Part shown: positions 1 to 4,797 of the stretch, one piece after another
Numbering within the stretch: position 1 is the stretch's first letter
Layout: each line of letters begins with the position of its first letter
IMG/VR virus record: IMGVR_UViG_2547132272_000019
DNA length: 5,102 nucleotides
Reading direction: 5' to 3' (one strand)
From: a virus
Taxonomy: Duplodnaviria > Heunggongvirae > Uroviricota > Caudoviricetes
The notes under the pieces: model-generated
What the model saw: the letters and a program-made list of their open reading frames with translations, nothing else
What the model was told of the DNA's origin: nothing
Database searches by the model: none
Translations under genes and position numbers: made by a program

Positions 1-106
1 TCGCAATGACGAGATTTATCGCCGTCAGCGACAGATGAAGGACGTGCTGGATAGCCTTAATAATCTTGCCGACATCCGCGCTTTTCAGGCTGGAGAGTCA
101 GAATGA
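1..106 (+). CDS. 3' end of an upstream gene (C-terminal 34 codons, ...RNDEIYRRQRQMKDVLDSLNNLADIRAFQAGESE*); start lies outside the window; product unknown
   Basis: Open frame from position 2 to a TGA stop at 104-106. The stop overlaps the ATG at 103-105 of the next gene (ATGA), indicating translational coupling in one operon. Confidence 0.5.
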   Translation, partial: RNDEIYRRQRQMKDVLDSLNNLADIRAFQAGESE

Positions 107-816
107 AATGGGAAAAGGCAATTCTGCGCCCGTCAGCCATGAACATTAAATGCTCTGTGGTTTGCCTGCATCCATGGTCAGAAAATACCGGAAACATCAA
201 ACCATCGGGGCGTTATCTCAGCCCCGAAAATGCTGTATCTGCACTTTTACCCTATCTGAAAGAAAACACAGAAAAGGACATTGTGGCGCTGTTATTTTGC
301 GCTCCTTCTGCTGGCGAGTTTTTATCACTCGCCAGGCAATTTTCAGGCGCATTTCCGTTGCCGGAGGTGGGACGAATGTCCCGCATGATCTCCAGCCAGC
401 TTTCACTGGCCATCAGCAGAATGCAAATCCCCGCCAGACCGGCAACATCACTTCCGGAACCGATAATGCTGTCGACACAGACCACTCGCAGCATGTCGCT
501 GGCGGCAACCATTGCACAGGCAGCCACTCCTGCCGCCACATCACCGGAAACACTGTCATCATCACTGCATCAGTTCATGAATGCGAGAGATAAAGCTCTA
601 CAGGAAATCGCTGATCAGCAGGCTGCACTCCGGCAAAAATTTTGCCCGGTGTGGCGCTTTTGCTACAAGGGAGCCCTCAGCCAGGCCGCAGTGCTGATAC
701 AAAAAAACATCCCACACCCTGAGTGGGTTTTTACAGCTGTGATGCTGTTCGTCGGCGATGATCTCTCATCACTAAGGGAGGCACTACATGACCCAGATGA
801 TTGTCCTTGCGCTTGA
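103..816 (+). CDS. hypothetical protein, 237 aa, with a central Ser/Thr/Ala/Pro-rich low-complexity segment; possibly part of a phage-tail-like module
   Basis: ATG 103 overlaps the upstream stop (ATGA). GGAG at 92-95 sits 7 nt upstream. Same strand and coupled with the following genes. No family recognised from the sequence. Confidence 0.55.
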   Translation: MKWEKAILRPSAMNIKCSVVCLHPWSENTGNIKPSGRYLSPENAVSALLPYLKENTEKDIVALLFCAPSAGEFLSLARQFSGAFPLPEVGRMSRMISSQLSLAISRMQIPARPATSLPEPIMLSTQTTRSMSLAATIAQAATPAATSPETLSSSLHQFMNARDKALQEIADQQAALRQKFCPVWRFCYKGALSQAAVLIQKNIPHPEWVFTAVMLFVGDDLSSLREALHDPDDCPCA

Positions 817-1363
817 CGGGGAAGCCATTCTGCTGCGCAACATCACCGTCAGCGCCACCATGCAACTACCGGACAAAGATATGTCCGGACAGTCAACCAG
901 CACCACGAGCGCCCAGCAGGGAAGCAAGGCTAAAGAGCTGCGCGTGTCGGGGGTTATTGATTTTAACGATGAAGCTATTCTGACCCGTATTTTTCAGCTT
1001 GCGGAGGCAACAGAAAGCAATGGCGCGAAAAAAACATATCGCATTGCTAACGCTACCGCGAAGGCAATCAATATGCGACAGGGGGTATTTTCTGGTGGCA
1101 TTGATGCCACGGAACAACAGGGAAAAATGCACTGGCAGGTCACCTTTACTCTCAGGGAAAAATTAAGCGTGCCAGAGAAAGCGTCTGCACGTAGCGGTTC
1201 GCAGAAAACCATCGCCAGACAGCAGACCCAGAACGGTAGCGAACAGGCACCAGACAAAGGCATGAATACGCAAAGTTCGTTCTGGAAAAAAATCAATGAT
1301 GCCGTTGGCTCTGGTCTGGATGCTGTTGGTATCGGGAGCGTGAAAGAGGAAGGGAAAACATGA
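788..1363 (+). CDS. hypothetical protein, 191 aa; possibly part of a phage-tail-like module
   Basis: Strong Shine-Dalgarno AAGGGAGG at about 773-780, 7 nt before ATG 788. The TGA stop at 1361-1363 overlaps the ATG 1360 of the next gene (ATGA). The 29-nt overlap with the previous gene is consistent with an operon. Confidence 0.65.
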   Translation: MTQMIVLALDGEAILLRNITVSATMQLPDKDMSGQSTSTTSAQQGSKAKELRVSGVIDFNDEAILTRIFQLAEATESNGAKKTYRIANATAKAINMRQGVFSGGIDATEQQGKMHWQVTFTLREKLSVPEKASARSGSQKTIARQQTQNGSEQAPDKGMNTQSSFWKKINDAVGSGLDAVGIGSVKEEGKT

Positions 1364-3057
1364 AATTGATACAACGCTGCATGATTAATGGCGAACGGGT
1401 GGAAATTGCCGATATAAACCTTGTTCTTACCCTGAATGCTGCCGGTCGTGGCTTCATTTCTGTTAATAATCTGTCACCAGAAAAAAGCCTTGCCGGCGCA
1501 ATGGTACAAATTGATCTCGGCCGTGACGGTGAAGTCTGGCGCTATTTCTCCGGCTACGTTGAACGCGACCAACCCGCCGAAAATGGTTCGCGCCGCCTTT
1601 TTATCCGTGAAGCAGCTGCTGTGCTGGATTTTGATTTCCCCTGCTCCATGCAACACCCGACGTTGCGGGAGGTGTTAGATAATCTGGGACGACAAAGCGG
1701 CATCGTTTTTATCACCCCGGACGCGGATTATGTCAACACACCAACCCCCTACATCACCCACAGCGGCAGCGGAACGCAGCTACTCAGCCAGCTGGGGCGC
1801 GCATTCAGTATCAGCGATTACGTCTGGCACCCAATGCCGGACGGTTCTGTATTTGTGGGAAGCGCCGCTGATTCACGATTTGCCAGTATTACGATGCCGG
1901 ATATTCCGCAACAGTACGCTCTCGGGCAAAGCGGCGGAAACAGCATCGACATCATGTTCATGGAAACTGTGCGACCGGGCGTGAATCTTCCCGCCGGGCG
2001 TATTACCCGCGTAGCCCTCAACAACGAGAAAATGACTCTGACGTGGGAGCGCCTTACCGTCACGGGCAGCCCTGTCTCCAAATCACCATTACGCAGACAG
2101 ATGGAAACACAGTTCCCGGAACTGGCCAGCGGCACACTACACACCAGGCTGGCGCGCGTCATTGCACCAACGGAATCCGCCACCCTGGGCGATGTGGCCG
2201 ACAGCTTCCGTCCACGCTACGCCGTGGACGTGCAACTGCTCGATGAGGACGGCAACGATAAAAGCGATACGCCTGTTTACCCGGCAGTCCCACTCCCCGT
2301 CCCGATGGCTGGTAGCGAGGCGGGATGTTTTGCCTACCCGCCGGCAGGCACCATCGTGGAAATATCTAACATTGAAGGGCGCCCGGATAAACCTGTTATC
2401 AGGCAAATCTTACCCGCTGGCCATAACCTGCCTGATGTAAAGCCCGGCGAACAACTGCAGCAACAGCGCGCAGAAGTGTTTCAGCGCGTCACGACTGACG
2501 GAAGCTGGCACAGAGAAACAGACCAGCAAATCAGGGAGCAGTCAGCCACCCGCACAATCAACAGTGATGCAGAAGAGCGCACCACAACAACCAGAACAAC
2601 CACAGTACGGGCAAACGACATAACCAGTGTTCTGGGAACCAGCAAGCTGGCGGCAGGACAAATAGAGCACCTTACTACCGGCCATTACGCGATCGCAGCC
2701 AGCGAGCATATCCAGATGGTAGCGCAGGATTTGCTGACTAAACTCAAAGGAGCAATATCCACGATTGAGCAGGACCTGACTGAAAACGTGGGAGGCCGCA
2801 GAATATGCCGGGCGGACGGCGGTCTGAAGTTTACAGCCCCGACAGTATTTATTGGTCGCGGTGGCTCACGGGAAAAATCCGAACTTAATCTGCTGACGTT
2901 GTTGATTGATATTCTGGATCTGATTCAATTGCTGGCCACGCACACAGCAAACCACACCCACAGCAACACTGGCGCACCAATGAACAGCGGCGAACTTGCC
3001 GCAGATGCCCTGCAGGCTACGAGCCTGCGCGAAAAATACGGCGACCTTATCGCCTGA
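1360..3057 (+). CDS. 565-aa protein, putative phage tail / baseplate-hub (P2 gpD 'late control D'-like) protein; family assignment tentative
   Basis: Long ORF with SD GAGGAAGGG upstream and an ATGA overlap with the preceding gene. The N-terminal segment INGERVEIADINLVLTLNAAGRGF matches, from memory, the I-x-GE-x-V-x-I-...-L-x-L-...-RGF pattern of gpD-type tail proteins. Contains a TTTTRTTTV low-complexity stretch and a His-rich C-terminus (HTANHTHSNTG). Followed by an intrinsic terminator. Confidence 0.5.
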   Translation: MKLIQRCMINGERVEIADINLVLTLNAAGRGFISVNNLSPEKSLAGAMVQIDLGRDGEVWRYFSGYVERDQPAENGSRRLFIREAAAVLDFDFPCSMQHPTLREVLDNLGRQSGIVFITPDADYVNTPTPYITHSGSGTQLLSQLGRAFSISDYVWHPMPDGSVFVGSAADSRFASITMPDIPQQYALGQSGGNSIDIMFMETVRPGVNLPAGRITRVALNNEKMTLTWERLTVTGSPVSKSPLRRQMETQFPELASGTLHTRLARVIAPTESATLGDVADSFRPRYAVDVQLLDEDGNDKSDTPVYPAVPLPVPMAGSEAGCFAYPPAGTIVEISNIEGRPDKPVIRQILPAGHNLPDVKPGEQLQQQRAEVFQRVTTDGSWHRETDQQIREQSATRTINSDAEERTTTTRTTTVRANDITSVLGTSKLAAGQIEHLTTGHYAIAASEHIQMVAQDLLTKLKGAISTIEQDLTENVGGRRICRADGGLKFTAPTVFIGRGGSREKSELNLLTLLIDILDLIQLLATHTANHTHSNTGAPMNSGELAADALQATSLREKYGDLIA

Positions 3058-3095
3058 TCACCTGGACATAAAAGCCACATAAACGCCCATCACAC

Positions 3096-3123
3096 AACGC
3101 ACGGCTTCGGCCGTGCGTTTTCA
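3096..3123 (+). terminator. Rho-independent terminator of the + strand operon
   Basis: Perfect 10-bp inverted repeat aacgcacggc (3096-3105) / gccgtgcgtt (3110-3119) with a TTCG tetraloop, followed by a T-run; lies 39 nt after the stop at 3057. Confidence 0.7.
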
Positions 3124-3188
3124 TATCTGCCACCTGATTAATGCGTTCTGCGCGCCATTCTGGCGCTGTATGCGCACACCGCGTAAAC

Positions 3189-3218
3189 GGTGTGACGTAA
3201 AGCGTGAGGTGACGTAAA
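3189..3218. repeat. tandem direct repeat GGTG(T)GACGTAAA, two copies about 19 bp apart; possible protein-binding sites
   Basis: ggtgtgacgtaaa at 3189-3201 and ggtgacgtaaa at 3208-3218; a further CGTAAA at 3182-3187 sits in the loop of a 7-bp hairpin (cacaccg/cggtgtg, 3175-3194). Confidence 0.4.
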
Positions 3219-3324
3219 CCGCGCTACCCCCTCCAACCCGCGGGTTTTGTGTCGAAACACTTTTTCAGTTTTCTGCCGTGCAAAAATGACCGCCAGCCCG
3301 CGCAGCGACTGAGGGAAAAGCGAA

Positions 3325-3583
3325 GATCTGAAATTTCACGCTTTGAAATTTTTTGCAGTTTTCAGCGAGTTTTTTACGATCTCATAAATGGCAGGAGCAA
3401 TGAAACCGCATGATATTAAAAGAGTTTTCATACTTTACGCGAGACAAAAAAACGATCACGAAAGGATCGCATCAAACAACCATCAAACAGCGAAGTCAGA
3501 CGCGGCGCGGCCTGCGTAAAATTGAGAGTCAAAATTAAACTGAAAAAAGGATCAATACCGCGCCTCGATCGCGCATGACGATC
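3325..3583. repeat. GATC-dense, AT-rich block (7 Dam sites in about 260 bp) with short direct repeats
   Basis: GATC at 3325, 3378, 3454, 3465, 3550, 3567 and 3580, versus about 8 in the remaining ~4.8 kb. Includes catcaaaca x2 (3469-3491), an imperfect repeat ttttt(g)cagttttc (3262-3282 vs 3350-3370), and an A7 run plus 5-bp hairpin at 3446-3469. Confidence 0.5.
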
Positions 3584-3600
3584 TATGCAGCAACAGGACG

Positions 3601-3623
3601 AAAAAAACCGGCGCGAACGCCGG
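3601..3623 (-). terminator. Rho-independent terminator on the - strand
   Basis: GC-rich 6-bp stem ccggcg (3608-3613) / cgccgg (3618-3623) with a CGAA loop. On the - strand it is followed by U7 (the + strand A-run at 3601-3607); on the + strand there is no U-tail. Confidence 0.55.
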
Positions 3624-3664
3624 CGGAAGCATGTATCAAATGCGTGACTGAATAATGTCTGCGG
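3601..3664 (-). ncRNA. candidate ~60-nt small RNA, divergent from the hok promoter; function unknown
   Basis: A - strand promoter-like pair lies about 7 nt upstream of the predicted start, and the strong - strand terminator at 3601-3623 lies about 60 nt downstream. No ORF with an RBS in between. Confidence 0.35.
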
Positions 3665-3670
3665 TCGGGA

Positions 3671-3700
3671 ATTTTACATCAGAAGGCTGATAAGTCTCAA
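3671..3700 (-). promoter_or_regulatory. sigma70-like promoter for the candidate sRNA
   Basis: Read on the - strand: -35 TTGAGA (+ strand 3695-3700), 18-bp spacer, -10 TAAAAT (+ strand 3671-3676). Back-to-back with the hok promoter. Confidence 0.35.
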
Positions 3701-3704
3701 CGGA

Positions 3705-3734
3705 TTGAAACAAGGGAAAAAACCAGGCTAGAAT
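3705..3734 (+). promoter_or_regulatory. putative hok mRNA promoter
   Basis: -35 TTGAAA (3705-3710), 18-bp spacer, -10 TAGAAT (3729-3734). Predicted start near 3741 coincides with the 5' element that pairs with the mRNA 3' end. Confidence 0.4.
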
Positions 3735-3784
3735 TCGCGCGGGTGCCTTTCGGCTGATGGCTGGAGGGAATACCCGAAGGCCGA

Positions 3785-3970
3785 ATGTGGAAAGGCCCCG
3801 AGTCAACTTTAACGTTAACCCGAGGCCCTAGCCATACAACCTTCGCAAGTCGTAGGTTAGCGCCTCCCCGAAAAAGGAGCAAGCGCTATGTCGCAAAAAT
3901 CGCTTACGGCCATTACGTTCTGCGTAACGGCAATCCTCATCATCTGGATGCTACACGGTTCACTGTGTGA
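3785..3970 (+). CDS. mok-like overlapping reading frame (61 codons) for translational coupling to hok
   Basis: ATG 3785 preceded by GAAGG (3776-3780). The frame overlaps the hok start and ends inside hok in a different frame, matching hok/mok architecture. No independent homology recognised. Confidence 0.35.
   Translation: MWKGPESTLTLTRGPSHTTFASRRLAPPRKRSKRYVAKIAYGHYVLRNGNPHHLDATRFTV
3786..3847 (-). ncRNA. Sok-like cis-antisense antitoxin RNA (about 60 nt); boundaries approximate
   Basis: Expected by hok/sok architecture. A - strand promoter candidate overlaps the hok SD. The extended hairpin at 3794-3827 is fully paired only on the - strand transcript (G-U wobbles there are C/A mismatches on the + strand) and is followed by UUU on the - strand. 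Confidence 0.3.
3854..3882 (-). promoter_or_regulatory. candidate Sok promoter
   Basis: Read on the - strand: -35 TTGCTC (+ strand 3877-3882), 17-bp spacer, -10 TAACCT (+ strand 3854-3859). It overlaps the hok SD region. An alternative pair is -35 TTGTAT (3834-3839) with -10 TAACGT (3812-3817). Confidence 0.25.
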
Positions 3971-4028
3971 GATACGGATGAGCTTCTGGGGAGCGGAGTT
4001 TGCGGCGTTCTTACAATGTAGACAGTAA
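3888..4028 (+). CDS. hok: Hok/Gef-family type I toxin, 46 aa (MSQKSLTAITFCVTAILIIWMLHGSLCEIRMSFWGAEFAAFLQCRQ); specific paralog not determined
   Basis: AAGGAG at 3874-3879, 8 nt before ATG 3888. N-terminal hydrophobic transmembrane stretch, then the Hok hallmark SLCEIR and a C-terminal E-x-AAF-L motif (compare Hok ...[22 protein letters not shown]). The ORF is below the size cut-off of the supplied track. Confidence 0.75.
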   Translation: MSQKSLTAITFCVTAILIIWMLHGSLCEIRMSFWGAEFAAFLQCRQ

Positions 4029-4114
4029 GAAAACCGCGACGGGGAAGGCAACTTCCCCGTCAATCGGTTGCCAGGGTAAGGCCGATAAGGCACCCTATAC
4101 ACATCCCAAAGCAG

Positions 4115-4151
4115 AAACCCGCAGCGTAAAACTGCGGGTTTTCTTTTTCTT
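4115..4151. terminator. bidirectional intrinsic terminator shared by the hok mRNA (+) and the convergent yidD-like operon (-)
   Basis: 10-bp stem aaacccgcag (4115-4124) / ctgcgggttt (4132-4141) with loop CGTAAAA. On the + strand it is followed by TCTTTTTCTT; on the - strand by CUGCUUUG. It lies 7 nt from the yidD-like stop at 4158. Confidence 0.65.
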
Positions 4152-4157
4152 ACGCGC

Positions 4158-4391
4158 TCACGATTTGCGACATTTACAAATATGAGGAGGGTAATCTGCA
4201 CCACCATTAGGCGGACGACAGCGATAAATCCGGCTCAATCCTAATCGCCAGCCTTCAAAAAAGCCATAGCGCCTTATTGACACCAAAGTGTAAGCCGAAC
4301 AGCTTGGAGTATAACGACATCTGTTACGAATGCTGGCTGGCGCATGAGCACGATAATAAAGAATCAGACGTATACTAAGCCATTTAAGCAT
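4158..4391 (-). CDS. YidD-family protein (PF01809, putative membrane protein insertion efficiency factor paralog), 77 aa
   Basis: Translation contains the YidD signature ...RCRYTPSCSAY...GW.L...RI.RC.P...GG.D.P and aligns well with E. coli YidD as recalled from memory. Its start overlaps the stop of the upstream 80-aa gene by 8 nt. Confidence 0.7.
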   Translation of the reverse strand: MLKWLSIRLILYYRAHAPASIRNRCRYTPSCSAYTLVSIRRYGFFEGWRLGLSRIYRCRPPNGGADYPPHICKCRKS

Positions 4392-4626
4392 CTGATACTT
4401 TTTTTCTAAAAGTAATCACATAGTATTGAAAAAACTGCGCCTTTCCGCCACCGAAACACCCCGGCTGCTCTTCTATACCAATCGTATCAACCCGTTGAAA
4501 TTCCCAGCCATCCGCCGCCTGTTCATTAACAACATTCTGAAGATATGCAGCAGCTACCCCCGCTTTATTATCTTTTGCCTTTACAGAAATATTCGGCGGC
4601 ACCTGAATCATTTTATAGGTATACAT
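4384..4626 (-). CDS. small conserved hypothetical protein, 80 aa (possibly DUF4177-like)
   Basis: Strong SD AAGGAG 8 nt upstream of ATG 4626. Translationally coupled to the yidD-like gene. Compact globular-looking sequence with a GWE motif; the family call is from memory only. Confidence 0.55.
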   Translation of the reverse strand: MYTYKMIQVPPNISVKAKDNKAGVAAAYLQNVVNEQAADGWEFQRVDTIGIEEQPGCFGGGKAQFFQYYVITFRKKVSDA

Positions 4627-4772
4627 TACCTGAGCTCCTTTAATAAAAAAGACAGTAATAAACGCCCTAAAACAGCCCGCACCTCACGATGCGAGCATTA
4701 GATCACTATGGCAATATGTGGACAACGCGAAAAATAATCCATTATTTTTCATTGCATTACAGCAGTTTTCGT

Positions 4773-4788
4773 GCCACCCGAAGGTGGC
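4773..4788. other. GC-rich stem-loop in the ytfP / downstream-gene intergenic region
   Basis: gccacc (4773-4778) / ggtggc (4783-4788) with a CGAA loop, just after the ytfP stop. No U-tail on the - strand, so it is not a canonical ytfP terminator; it may be an RNA-stability or attenuator element. Confidence 0.3.
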
Positions 4789-4797
4789 GTGTTTATA

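Larger units (their letters stand above)
3741..4151 (+). other. hok-type toxin mRNA (about 410 nt) with 5'/3' fold-back pairing
   Basis: 5' segment gggtgcctttcgg (3741-3753) is complementary to ccgataaggcaccc (4082-4095) near the 3' end (7+2+3 bp with a 1-nt bulge), as expected for the fold-back-inhibition structure of hok mRNAs. The 5' end resembles the plasmid R1 hok mRNA 5' end as recalled from memory. Ends at the terminator 4115-4151. Confidence 0.5.

Noticed and set aside
150-593. Alternative-frame + strand ORF (147 aa) and - strand ORFs 218-406 and 252-539 overlapping gene 1
   Set aside because: Nested in or antisense to a gene that is translationally coupled to its neighbours. They lack an RBS and have Cys/His/Arg-rich or otherwise atypical composition, consistent with spurious frames in GC-rich coding DNA.
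801-1374. ORFs 801-983 (+), 893-1132 (-) and 994-1374 (-) overlapping gene 2
   Set aside because: Out-of-frame or antisense overlaps of a gene with a strong SD and operon coupling; no RBS and Cys-rich odd composition.
1436-2440. Seven short ORFs (60-121 aa) on both strands nested inside the 565-aa gene
   Set aside because: All lie fully within the long coupled ORF; none has a convincing start context. Typical shadow ORFs.
3237-3255. Palindrome aacccgcgggtt plus TTTGTGT as a + strand terminator
   Set aside because: The stem can form only about 4 bp once a loop is allowed, and the U-tract is interrupted. More likely a protein-binding palindrome or chance.
3388-3519. 43-codon + strand ORF (MAGAMKPHDIKRVF...) and a 31-codon - strand ORF (MKTLLISCGFIAPAIYEIVKNSLKTAKNFKA, about 3342-3437) in the spacer
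   Set aside because: No Shine-Dalgarno sequence, no recognisable family, and they lie inside the repeat/GATC-rich region. Kept only as a low-probability possibility for a second small peptide.
3601-3664. The divergent sRNA candidate acting as a trans-antitoxin base-pairing with hok mRNA
   Set aside because: I found no stretch of 8 nt or more of complementarity between the candidate sRNA and the hok transcript by eye, so the link is unsupported. The sRNA itself is retained as a finding with unknown target.
3700-4150. Structured RNA gene (tmRNA, RNase P RNA or tRNA) in the ORF-poor region
   Set aside because: No match to the conserved cores of ssrA or rnpB as recalled, and no tRNA-like T-arm (GGTTCGAATCC-type) motif. 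The region is explained by the hok mRNA.
3697-4207. ORFs 3697-3882 (-), 3857-4207 (-) and 4000-4185 (+) across the hok region
   Set aside because: They run through the hok promoter/leader or through the bidirectional terminator and into the yidD-like gene. No RBS. The hok/mok/sok interpretation explains the region better.
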